A stretch of DNA of 32,000 nucleotides from contig NZ_PQWO01000005.1 of the NCBI RefSeq assembly GCF_003231495.1, positions 270,001 through 302,000 on the forward strand. The letters run 5' to 3'. The position numbers were made by a program, and so were the translations under genes. The notes beneath the pieces are model-generated. The model was given only the letters and a program-made list of their open reading frames with translations, had not been told where the DNA came from and did no database searches. How positions within the stretch are numbered: position 1 is the first letter of the stretch; each line of letters begins with the position of its first letter. Shown here piece by piece: positions 16,842 to 25,137 of this stretch. The DNA is from Acaryochloris thomasi RCC1774 (lineage in GTDB: Bacteria > Cyanobacteriota > Cyanobacteriia > Thermosynechococcales > Thermosynechococcaceae).

Positions 16842-17240
16842 ATGCGCGTCAGCGAAGTTGCCCGTCAATTTGACCTCAACGCTCAGACACTCTATTTCTA
16901 TGAGCGCATTGGCCTGATTCCATCGCCATCTCGCAATGCATCGGGCTATCGAATCTTTGCTGAGCAGGATATTGAACGTTTGTCGTTGATTGAGCGTGCC
17001 AAAGCGCTAGGACTCACCCTTGATGAAATCAAAGAAATTCTGCAGCTACAGGAGGGGCAGGGTTTGACCTGCGGTGAGGTCCATCAACGCTTGCTTAAGA
17101 AGCTCCAGCAGATTGAAACGACGATTGCGCAGCTTCAGAAACTGCGAGAAGAGCTGCTGCCGCTGGTGCAGCGATGTGAAACAGCGATAAGTCAGCAACA
17201 GATAGCCACTGACTGTGGCATCTTTCAGCCCGATGAATGA
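16842..17240 (+). CDS. MerR-family (heavy-metal-responsive subfamily-like) transcriptional regulator with three Cys (C77, C112, C125)
   Basis: N-terminal wHTH (MRVSEVARQFDLNAQTLYFYERIGLIPSPSRNASGYRIF), a coiled-coil dimerisation helix, and cysteines placed as in MerR/ZntR/CueR metal sites. Confidence 0.85.
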   Translation: MRVSEVARQFDLNAQTLYFYERIGLIPSPSRNASGYRIFAEQDIERLSLIERAKALGLTLDEIKEILQLQEGQGLTCGEVHQRLLKKLQQIETTIAQLQKLREELLPLVQRCETAISQQQIATDCGIFQPDE

Positions 17241-17329
17241 ACTGAGATCGAAAATCGCGTTCCCTCTCTCTCAATATTTGAAGCCTTCTATCGTTCCTAA
17301 TTCTCTCTGTACTTGAGGTTTGTATTGTC

Positions 17330-18481
17330 ATGATTCAAGCGCGCTCGCCAAAGAGTAAGGCCGTACAGGCCGGTGGTCAACTGAATATTTTTGAGCGCTA
17401 TCTTACCCTGTGGGTGGCTCTATGTATTTTGATCGGTATCGCTATGGGGCGTTTCTTCCCGCAAGTGGCGGTTACCCTTGATGCCTGGAGTATTTATCAG
17501 GTGTCGGTGCCCATCGCTATTTGTCTGTTTTTCATGATGTACCCGATCATGGTCAAAATTGACTTTGGTCAGGCACGACGGGCAGCCCGGACGCCGAAGC
17601 CAGTGGTCTTAACTTTAGTGGTCAACTGGTTGATTAAACCGTTTACGATGGTGGCCTTTGCCCAGTTTTTCTTAGGTCGCCTCTTTCAGCCGCTGATCAC
17701 AGGGACAGAGGTGATTCGCGGCAGTGAAGTCACTTTAATCGATTCCTATATTGCGGGTGCGATTCTGCTGGGGATTGCGCCCTGTACGGCGATGGTGCTG
17801 ATGTGGGGGTATCTCTCCTATAGCAATCAGGGCCATACGCTGGTGATGGTGGCGGTAAATTCTTTGGCGATGCTGTTCCTTTATGCGCCGTTGGGAAGGT
17901 GGCTACTGGCGTCTAATAATTTGGCTGTACCCTGGCAGACGATTGTTTTATCCGTCCTGATCTATGTTGGATTGCCGTTGGCTGCGGGCATGTATTCCCG
18001 CTACTGGATTTTGAAACACAAAGGTCGTGCTTGGTTTGAGAGTGTGTTTCTCAAGCGGCTCAGTCCGGTGGCTGTGATTGCAATGTTGGTGACCTTGGTG
18101 CTGCTGTTTGCTTTCAAGGGAGAGTTGATTGTTCAGCATCCGCTCCACATCGTTTTGATTGCGGTTCCCTTATTTTTGCAAACGAATTTCATTTTCTTGA
18201 TCAGCTACGTGGCGGCGCAAAAGCTGGGGTTAACTTATGAAGATGCGGCTCCGGCTGCTCTAATTGGAGCGAGTAATCACTTTGAAGTGGCTATAGCAAC
18301 TGCTATAACCCTCTTTGGTCTCAACTCTGGTGCCGCACTTGCAACTGTTGTGGGCGTCCTAATCGAAGTCCCCTTGATGCTGATGTTGGTGGAGCTATGC
18401 AAACGCACCGCCTTTTGGTTCCCGCGCTCGCCAGAAAAGGCGACGTTGACTGACCCTCGCTGTATCCATCCGCTGAATTAA
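17330..18481 (+). CDS. acr3: ACR3-family arsenite efflux transporter
   Basis: 383 aa and polytopic. The N-terminus [27 protein letters not shown] and the overall pattern are typical of ACR3/ArsB(ACR3). Confidence 0.9.
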   Translation: MIQARSPKSKAVQAGGQLNIFERYLTLWVALCILIGIAMGRFFPQVAVTLDAWSIYQVSVPIAICLFFMMYPIMVKIDFGQARRAARTPKPVVLTLVVNWLIKPFTMVAFAQFFLGRLFQPLITGTEVIRGSEVTLIDSYIAGAILLGIAPCTAMVLMWGYLSYSNQGHTLVMVAVNSLAMLFLYAPLGRWLLASNNLAVPWQTIVLSVLIYVGLPLAAGMYSRYWILKHKGRAWFESVFLKRLSPVAVIAMLVTLVLLFAFKGELIVQHPLHIVLIAVPLFLQTNFIFLISYVAAQKLGLTYEDAAPAALIGASNHFEVAIATAITLFGLNSGAALATVVGVLIEVPLMLMLVELCKRTAFWFPRSPEKATLTDPRCIHPLN

Positions 18482-18501
18482 TCAAGATAAGGTGATTGAA
18501 C

Positions 18502-18891
18502 ATGAAACGAATGATGTTTGTGTGTAAGCACAACTCGCGGCGCTCCCATATGGCGGAAGGCTTCGCTCGACAGATGAGTCAGGGGCAGGCGGAGGTTGCC
18601 AGTGCGGGACTAGAGGCCAGTCAGGTCGATCCCCTGACGGTGCAGGTGATGCATGAAGTGGGTGTGGATATTAGTGCTCAGCAGTCCCAGCCGCTAGCTG
18701 ATTTCAAAGCTGAAGACTTTGACGTGGTGATCTCTCTGTGTGGATGTGGCGTGAATTTGCCCGAAGAGTGGGTGACCCGAGAAATTTTTCAAGACTGGCA
18801 GCTCGACGATCCAGCCGGGGAAACGCTAGAAACGTTTCGCCGCGTTCGAGATGAGGTGAAAGCCAATGTTGAAAAGCTTCTTAGTCAGTAA
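18502..18891 (+). CDS. arsC: Arsenate reductase ArsC, LMW-PTPase type (Synechocystis-like hybrid with a C-x-C pair)
   Basis: The P-loop is VCKHNSRRSHMAEG (CX5R). A second cysteine pair, SLCGCG, matches the Cys80/Cys82 pair of the glutaredoxin-coupled cyanobacterial enzyme. I prefer the ATG at 18502, which has the SD-like AAGGTGA upstream; the ORF track starts at TTG 18496. Confidence 0.85.
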   Translation: MKRMMFVCKHNSRRSHMAEGFARQMSQGQAEVASAGLEASQVDPLTVQVMHEVGVDISAQQSQPLADFKAEDFDVVISLCGCGVNLPEEWVTREIFQDWQLDDPAGETLETFRRVRDEVKANVEKLLSQ

Positions 18892-18933
18892 ACTGCTTGC
18901 ATACAGCTCACGACCCTGCGTTGGCCCCCCCGG

Positions 18934-18951
18934 CCCCCCAATTCTGGGGGG
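18934..18951 (+). terminator. G/C hairpin downstream of arsC (candidate terminator, no U-tract)
   Basis: CCCCCCA (18934-18940), loop ATTC, then TGGGGGG (18945-18951). It lies 43 nt after the arsC stop. Confidence 0.35.
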
Positions 18952-19078
18952 AGAGCAACTTCCTCTTGTAGCATCATGGCAACAAATCAGTGCTGTACAT
19001 GCGTACAGTTGCCATCATCAAGCTAGCTGTGAAGGCGGACAAGTAATGCCACCATGACGTTAATTTGCAGTCATTTTT

Positions 19079-19540
19079 TTAGAAACCATAGCGACGCCGT
19101 TCCTTTTTCGGGTCATGTGTCCAACAGTTACACCCATTTTCGTGAAAATACACGCTATCAATATCTGTTTTTATATGGACAGAGCAAGTGCATGGTTGAC
19201 CAAGAGCTGCCCTCCAATGGTGATATTGATGTTGATAAGGGACGTTGAAGCAAAATGTTACTTGTGCCTCTTTGAGCCAGCATTCTGGCATCCTATTCGA
19301 TGCCATCGCTCGATGCAGCGCCTGAGTTAGCAACTGGATAGCTGTGTTCAATGTTTCGCTACCTGCCTCTGGATGTACAGTATTCAATGTCAAATGTAGA
19401 ACTACTGTGTCTGTGTTGTTTTGCTCTGCAACGTTGTATAACTTTCCAATAGCCCAATACCCTTGCAAATCAAAGTTTCTACTGAGTGCCCATTGAGTGA
19501 GATTGTTCGCTATTCCCTTGAATTGCTTTCTCCGTGGCAT
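19079..19540 (-). CDS. Orphan hypothetical protein, Cys/His-rich C-terminal half, low-GC gene
   Basis: 153-aa ORF with no family I recognise. Two 60-nt lines counted by hand gave about 35-38% G+C, against about 55-60% in neighbouring genes. Confidence 0.5.
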   Translation of the reverse strand: MPRRKQFKGIANNLTQWALSRNFDLQGYWAIGKLYNVAEQNNTDTVVLHLTLNTVHPEAGSETLNTAIQLLTQALHRAMASNRMPECWLKEAQVTFCFNVPYQHQYHHWRAALGQPCTCSVHIKTDIDSVYFHENGCNCWTHDPKKERRRYGF

Positions 19541-19651
19541 TTTCGTCTAGCTTCATCTGGAGGAGTTATTCTGCTTCGTCCCAGCTTTATCTGACAATTA
19601 GCTTTTATAATCTCGATGTTCGATGCTTGAGCGATCGTAATCACCCCTTTC

Positions 19652-20506
19652 CTATCGAGAGCCTGAAGGATTGGCTGCCGTTGGAGCCTGTCGCCGCGGC
19701 CATGCCCGGAGAATTCGCAGTAGCCAGTGGGTCAATTCAGGGGCCAGCTTAGGCTTCACCAGCGGGGGCTTTACCTCACCCAGCCGTTGCTCGTGCGCAT
19801 CAAGACAGTACTGAAGCAGTCGTGCAGCGGTGAGCTGGCCCATGAAGATATCTGCTGTTGTGGCTGTTGGGGGTAGGGTTGCATCTTCAATTTGACGACC
19901 AAAGCGGTCAAATAGTCCCAAAAACTGAAGCCCGCGCTCCCACATTGCGCGCAACCGCCGCCAGTTATTGCTAGGGCTAAACGGCTGTCCCGCTGTCCAA
20001 TTGGCGAAGAAAATGCTGTGGCGAGCGTCTTCGTCTAGGATGGGTTCCCAGACCTCAAGCAGGGCTTCAGGCAGATACTGCTGTTCTCTTGCGATCGCAA
20101 ACCAACCCCACAGAATATAGGCGCTGAGGTATTGGTCAAAAGCTAAATCTTGCAGAACGGGGGTCAACTCACCCGGCAAGGGGCGAGCCGGAATGTTGGC
20201 CTTCGGAATTTGGTAGAACGCCATCATTTGCTCCAGCAGCTTCACCTGCCGCTCTGTTTCCTGAGACAGCAAGAGGATCCCCCCCTTCAGCCGCGTCGGC
20301 TTCGTCTGGGCCGCAAGGGCACCGACAATTAGAGCCATCTGCCGCTTTTGCTGCAGCACCTCGGCCCAAAATGGAATCTCGCGGAGTCGCTGCAGCTGAT
20401 CGTCTGCCAGCTGCGGCCAGGGGATCTGGTCGAGATTGTATTTGACATGATGATCCGTCAGAGCGTGACAGAATAGTTTTTGGTGCTCGTAGCTTCCCAG
20501 TTGCAT
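19652..20506 (-). CDS. Hypothetical protein, possibly ferritin-like/di-iron-carboxylate fold
   Basis: 284-aa ORF with host-like GC. It has one E-x-x-H motif in a helical context (ILDEDARHSIFFANW). I did not find a convincing second ExxH. Confidence 0.5.
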   Translation of the reverse strand: MQLGSYEHQKLFCHALTDHHVKYNLDQIPWPQLADDQLQRLREIPFWAEVLQQKRQMALIVGALAAQTKPTRLKGGILLLSQETERQVKLLEQMMAFYQIPKANIPARPLPGELTPVLQDLAFDQYLSAYILWGWFAIAREQQYLPEALLEVWEPILDEDARHSIFFANWTAGQPFSPSNNWRRLRAMWERGLQFLGLFDRFGRQIEDATLPPTATTADIFMGQLTAARLLQYCLDAHEQRLGEVKPPLVKPKLAPELTHWLLRILRAWPRRQAPTAANPSGSR

Positions 20507-20972
20507 ATTTGCTATAGTCTCAGCGAGACCTTGAGTCTAGAAAGATTATAGGGTCAATCCTCCAATCATCCTACAGCGCTGTCTTTCTGCTGTAATTCTT
20601 GATGATTAGAAAGGTTCCTCCTCACATCCATGCCCCCAATTGATTCGCTAGACGCTGCTCACTTAAGCCCTAAATCACTCCCTTCATAAGAGGTTGCCAA
20701 CGAAGTTAATCGTGCGTTAATATTGGTTAACATATGTTCACGAACAGTTATTTGACCATGTGGGATTCGTTTCTAATCCAGCTCTTCAGCTTCTGGGTGA
20801 TCACCTGCGCCTTCGGCTGTTATTTCTCTCTCCAGTCTCCTCATCAAGACTGGTAAGGTTACGCCTCTTTGTTTATGGGTTGTCCACGCTACCTGTGGAG
20901 ACCGTTTAGGTTTTAGTTGGCGACTCCGCAGATCCTCTACAGTGGAACAGTACTCTGAGTTTTGACGCCACC

Positions 20973-22925
20973 GTGGGTTACGAGCCGCTGCATCATAAGT
21001 ATCGTCCCCAGACCTTTGCCGATCTGGTGGGACAAGATGCGATCGCAACTACCCTCACTAACGCCATCGACTCTCAGCGGATTGCTCCGGCCTATCTGTT
21101 CACAGGCCCTAGGGGCACCGGAAAGACCTCTAGCGCCCGCATTTTAGCCAAGTCTCTCAACTGTCTCAATAGCGAAAAACCCACGCCCAGCCCCTGCGGT
21201 ACCTGCTCTGTCTGCAGAGAGATAGCTTTGGGTACCTCTCTAGACGTGATTGAAATCGATGCCGCCAGCAATACCGGCGTTGATAATATCCGCGAGCTGA
21301 TTGAGCGGGCCCAGTTTGCCCCCGTCCAGTGTCGGTTTAAAATCTACTGCCTCGACGAAGTACACATGCTGAGCACGGCAGCCTTTAACGCCCTGCTCAA
21401 GACCTTAGAAGAGCCGCCTGCTCAAGTCGTCTTTATTCTAGCCACCACCGATCCCCAGCGGGTTTTGGCCACCATTATTTCTCGGTGCCAGCGCTTCGAC
21501 TTCCGCCGGATTCCCCTGGCGCCGATGGTGTCCCATCTCACTCATATTGCTGAGCAGGAGTCGATCCCCATCACTGGTGCTGCCGTCGAACTGGTGGCGC
21601 AACTGTCTCAAGGTGGGCTGCGCGATGCCGAAAGCCTGCTTGATCAGCTCAGCCTGCTATCGGGCGAGATTGCCCCTGAACAAATCTGGGATCTCGCGGG
21701 ATCTGTGCCTGAACGCGAACTGCTGTCGCTAGTGCAGGCAATTATGGCCCAGCAGCCGGATGCGTTACTCAGTCAAACACACCAGCTTCTCAATCGCGGT
21801 CGAGATCCGCTGATCGTCTTGCAGAATCTGACGGGCTTTTATCGGGATTTGCTGATTGCTAAAACCGCACCTGATCGACGTGATTTAGTCACAATTACCG
21901 AAGCAACCTGGGCAGAACTGTGTGATGTGGCCCAACAATTAGAGATGGCAACCATCCTGACGGGCCAGCAGCATCTGCGCACCTGTGAGCCGCAGGTCAA
22001 AAACACAACGCAGCCCCGCCTGTGGCTAGAGGTGGCCCTGCTCGGGTTGTTGCCTGGTGCAACCGCTCCTGTGGCAGCCTCTCCCGTTAATTCTTTTGTA
22101 CAGCGTCCGCCGCAAGCTGCGCTCCCGCTTACCGTTCAAGCACATGCTGCCTCTCCTCTCCCGGCCTCTCCTGCGCCCGCTGCTGTGCCCGCCGCTGTAC
22201 TAGAGGAGCCTCCTGTACAGCAGCCTGCTACCGTGCCTCAGCCTGCTGTGTCTCAGTCTGCGGCTGCTCCACAATCTCAGCCCCAAGCTGATCCCCCCGT
22301 TCAAGAGAGTCCTGTCGCATCAAGTCCGGCCCCTGCTAGCCCACCCCCTGCAGCAGAGCCGTCTAGCGATCTTGCTCAGGTGTGGCAGCAAATGCTCGGC
22401 CAGCTTCATCCCGCAGGCCGCGCGCTTTTTAATCAGCACGGACAGCTCCTGTCGTTCAGCGGTAACCAAGCCAGAATTGGCGTCCCGAAGGGACTAGTCC
22501 CCACCGCCCAGAGGAAGCTCGAAGAAGTGGAATCTGCATTCCAGACCCTGTTTCATCGACCTATTAAAGCTAACTTAGTCATTAATACGCCCACGGCTCA
22601 GCCACCCGCAGCTCCGGCGCACTCTCCCCAATCATCGCCAGCACCGTCATTTTCTTCACAGCCTGCAGCCCCGACCCAAGCAGCCGCTCCTGAGTCATTG
22701 AGAGAGCCGCTCCCCTCGCCTGCGGCTCCCCCTTCTCCTGTCTCCCCACCTCCTGAGTCATCGATGGCAGCAGCGATGCCTGCCAAGGCTGATTTAGGCC
22801 CTGCACCTGTTCTCTGGGAAACTGAGGATGAGCTGACCCAAACGACCCGTAGCTTTGCGAACTTCTTTGGTGGAGCGATCGTGGCGGATGCTCCCGAACC
22901 TGAACCCCTTTCAGAAAAAGCTTAA
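20973..22925 (+). CDS. dnaX: DNA polymerase III subunit gamma/tau
   Basis: GTG start. The N-terminus is YEPLHHKYRPQTFADLVGQD, Walker A is GPRGTGKTS, the zinc module is CGTCSVC, Walker B is YCLDEVHML and the SRC motif is ISRCQRFDF. Two long Pro/Ala/Ser-rich linkers follow. Confidence 0.9.
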   Translation: MGYEPLHHKYRPQTFADLVGQDAIATTLTNAIDSQRIAPAYLFTGPRGTGKTSSARILAKSLNCLNSEKPTPSPCGTCSVCREIALGTSLDVIEIDAASNTGVDNIRELIERAQFAPVQCRFKIYCLDEVHMLSTAAFNALLKTLEEPPAQVVFILATTDPQRVLATIISRCQRFDFRRIPLAPMVSHLTHIAEQESIPITGAAVELVAQLSQGGLRDAESLLDQLSLLSGEIAPEQIWDLAGSVPERELLSLVQAIMAQQPDALLSQTHQLLNRGRDPLIVLQNLTGFYRDLLIAKTAPDRRDLVTITEATWAELCDVAQQLEMATILTGQQHLRTCEPQVKNTTQPRLWLEVALLGLLPGATAPVAASPVNSFVQRPPQAALPLTVQAHAASPLPASPAPAAVPAAVLEEPPVQQPATVPQPAVSQSAAAPQSQPQADPPVQESPVASSPAPASPPPAAEPSSDLAQVWQQMLGQLHPAGRALFNQHGQLLSFSGNQARIGVPKGLVPTAQRKLEEVESAFQTLFHRPIKANLVINTPTAQPPAAPAHSPQSSPAPSFSSQPAAPTQAAAPESLREPLPSPAAPPSPVSPPPESSMAAAMPAKADLGPAPVLWETEDELTQTTRSFANFFGGAIVADAPEPEPLSEKA

Positions 22926-23050
22926 GTTTTTCTCAGGGGGTTTTTCAGTCCGCCTCACGTTGGTCCCAGCAGAATCCGGTAGGCTAATTGAGTCGTGGAC
23001 AGGCTTGGCAGGGTATGTCTGACTGCACCCGTTCTTCTTGTTGATTGTTT

Positions 23051-24226
23051 ATGGTTTCTCTAGCGCGCAAAAATCTGTTTCAAGATCTGCCTCGTTTTAT
23101 CGTGGCCCAGGCTGGCATTATGTTTGCCGTGGGTTTGGTTACCATCCAGACGGGGCTGCTCAATGGGTTTACGAAGTCCACAACCCTGCTGATTGACAAT
23201 GCCAATGCCGATTTGTGGGTTGCCTCAGAGGATATGCGCTATCTTGACCTGACGCTGCCGATGCCCTACGAGCGAGTGGCCCAGGCTAAAGCCGTTGAGG
23301 GGGTGAAGACGGCTGAGGCGCTAATCTCTCAGGGATCTGTCTGGCGCTATGCCTCTGATCAGATTGCGCCAATCAAAATTGTGGGGTTCGATCCAGACGG
23401 TGAACTCTTTCGGCCTGCTCCCCTGATTGAGGGTGATTTCAACCAGGTCAAGCAGCCCTATCACATTATTGTGGATGAACTTGAGTTAGGTTCGCTAGAT
23501 ATCGAAGGCGTTGGGGCCACGGCTGATATTGGCTCCTTCGAGGCGCAGGTGTCTGGAATGACCTCAGGGCTTAGTTCTATCGTATCGAGTCCGTACGTGT
23601 TTACGTCGCTGCCTAATGCGCTGGCCTATCTGGAGTCTCCCGTCGCTTCTCCTGAAGCCAATCCTGCAGATCCGCCAGCGCTAACGCCGGAGGGACGCAT
23701 TAATTTTGTGCTGGTGCGAGCTGAACCGGGTCAGAATTTGCAGGTTCTCAAGAAACGGCTGGAGTCTGAGCTGCTCGATGTGCGGGTATTGACGCAGCCT
23801 GAGCTAACTGAATTAACCCAAACTTACTGGCGCAACAGTACGGGTGTGGGCTACATCTTGGGCTTAGGGGCTGCGGTGGGTGTCGTGGTCGGGACTGTTG
23901 TAGTGGGCCAGATTCTCTATTCTTCGGTCAGCGATCACCTGAAGGAGTTTGGAACGCTGAAGGCAATGGGCTCGCCGGACTGGTATATCTACCGGGTGAT
24001 TTTAGAGCAAGCGCTCTGGATGGCGGTTTTAGGATACGTGCCCGGTATTGCTCTATCTGCGGGTTTGGGGGCTTGGACAGCTCAGGCCCAGGCGATCGCA
24101 ATCTTGATTAATCCTGGTATTGCGGCGGGGGTGTTCTTGATTACGGTGGTGATGTGCAGTGGAGCGGCGATCTTTGCTATTCAAAAGGTGACGCGTCTGG
24201 ATCCGGCGATGGTGTTCAAGTCGTGA
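23051..24226 (+). CDS. FtsX/MacB-type ABC exporter permease (DevC-like)
   Basis: N-terminal TM helix, a large periplasmic domain and a C-terminal three-helix FtsX-like domain (GTLKAMG motif). The start is probably ATG 23051 (MVSLARKNLF); the ORF track begins at TTG 23045. Confidence 0.8.
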   Translation: MVSLARKNLFQDLPRFIVAQAGIMFAVGLVTIQTGLLNGFTKSTTLLIDNANADLWVASEDMRYLDLTLPMPYERVAQAKAVEGVKTAEALISQGSVWRYASDQIAPIKIVGFDPDGELFRPAPLIEGDFNQVKQPYHIIVDELELGSLDIEGVGATADIGSFEAQVSGMTSGLSSIVSSPYVFTSLPNALAYLESPVASPEANPADPPALTPEGRINFVLVRAEPGQNLQVLKKRLESELLDVRVLTQPELTELTQTYWRNSTGVGYILGLGAAVGVVVGTVVVGQILYSSVSDHLKEFGTLKAMGSPDWYIYRVILEQALWMAVLGYVPGIALSAGLGAWTAQAQAIAILINPGIAAGVFLITVVMCSGAAIFAIQKVTRLDPAMVFKS

Positions 24227-24296
24227 GCGATCACGGCTCCAGAACGCCGATCTTTGCCGGACTATTAAGTTGTAAGCTTTGAGCTGAAGGTATTGT

Positions 24297-25067
24297 ATGC
24301 CAGTTTCATTCATGACAGAAACTCAGCCTGATCGTTCGCCTCCTGCGTCACCCCCTGCGATTGTGGCCCAAAATTTGCAGATGACCTATCAGGCGGGAGA
24401 GCAGAAGTTTCAGGCTCTCAAGGGGATTGATCTCGAAATTCTTTCGGGGGATATTGAGTTGTTGATGGGGCCTTCAGGCTCGGGCAAGACGACGCTGCTT
24501 TCTATCTTGGGCGGTATTTTAACGCCAACAGCAGGGCGAGTCTCGCTTCTAGGGCAGGAGATTACGGGCCTATCGCGGCCTAAGCTTTCAAAGTTTCGCC
24601 TGCAGCAGATCGGCTTTATTTTTCAGGGCTTTAATCTGTTTCCTGCCCTGAGCGCAGCGGAAAATGTAGAGGCAGCGCTCAATCTCAAGGGCGTGCGCGG
24701 TAAGGCAGCGAAGGAAGAGTCGCGGCGGCTGTTAGATCAGGTGGGGCTGTCAGATAAGGAGCGGAATCTGCCCCGTGATTTGTCTGGGGGGCAAAAGCAG
24801 AGAGTTGCGATCGCACGTGCCCTAGCGGCCAACCCTCGGTTGATTTTCGCCGATGAACCCACTGCAGCCCTAGACTCTCAGCGCGGGCGCGCCATCATCG
24901 AACTGCTACGTAAGCTGGCAAAAGAAGAGGGCTGTACCGTTTTAATGGTTTCCCACGATCCGCGCATTATTGACGTGGCAGATCGCGTTGTATACCTCGA
25001 AGATGGCATGATCACGCCAGCATTAAATTCAACTGCCCATGAGCAAAGTTCAGTGAAGATGGCATAA
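24297..25067 (+). CDS. ABC transporter ATP-binding protein (DevA/MacB/LolD-like)
   Basis: Walker A GPSGSGKTT, Q-loop, signature LSGGQKQRVAIARAL, Walker B LIFADEPT and H-loop VSHD. Confidence 0.9.
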   Translation: MPVSFMTETQPDRSPPASPPAIVAQNLQMTYQAGEQKFQALKGIDLEILSGDIELLMGPSGSGKTTLLSILGGILTPTAGRVSLLGQEITGLSRPKLSKFRLQQIGFIFQGFNLFPALSAAENVEAALNLKGVRGKAAKEESRRLLDQVGLSDKERNLPRDLSGGQKQRVAIARALAANPRLIFADEPTAALDSQRGRAIIELLRKLAKEEGCTVLMVSHDPRIIDVADRVVYLEDGMITPALNSTAHEQSSVKMA

Positions 25068-25110
25068 TCACACCAGCGTTAAATTCGACCTCCCATGAGC
25101 AAAGTCCAGT
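24999..25110 (+). repeat. Two tandem copies of a 56-bp unit spanning the stop codon of the ABC ATPase
   Basis: Unit 1 (24999-25054) is gaagatggcatgatcacgccagcattaaattcaactgcccatgagcaaagttcagt. Unit 2 (25055-25110) is gaagatggcataatcacaccagcgttaaattcgacctcccatgagcaaagtccagt. They differ at 7 positions by eye. Confidence 0.85.
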
Positions 25111-25137
25111 TCTCCATCATTACTGAGGCCAACTGAC

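Noticed and set aside
15976-20090. HIP1-free stretches (15976-20090 and 29237-32000), considered as evidence for foreign islands
   Set aside because: Equally long HIP1-free gaps occur inside core genes (3692-7665 in the cheA-like region and 10029-13434). With a mean spacing of about 2 kb this is not discriminating. I used GC content instead.
20735-20746. Inverted repeat TGTTC-AC-GAACA upstream of dnaX, considered as a LexA/SOS box
   Set aside because: The half-site order and spacing do not fit the Cheo box (GAAC-N4-GTTC) or the cyanobacterial RGTAC-N3-DGTWCB consensus as I recall them. The nearby GAACAGTACT at about 20946 also has the wrong spacing.
20773-21048. 91-aa minus-strand ORF in the dnaX upstream region that overlaps the dnaX start
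   Set aside because: It overlaps the well-supported dnaX N-terminus by 76 nt. Its composition is Arg/Pro-rich and looks like an antisense shadow, and it has no recognisable motif. It is probably spurious.
22913-22920. A-run (AGAAAAAG) in dnaX, considered as a programmed frameshift site for the gamma subunit
   Set aside because: It sits 3 nt before the natural stop codon, so a frameshift there could not generate a shortened gamma product. I saw no A-AAA-AAG heptamer in the middle of the gene.
23385-23394. GGTTCGATCC, which resembles a tRNA T-loop
   Set aside because: The flanking bases do not form a T-stem (TGGGG against CAGAC), no acceptor or anticodon arms can be drawn, and it lies inside the DevC-like CDS.
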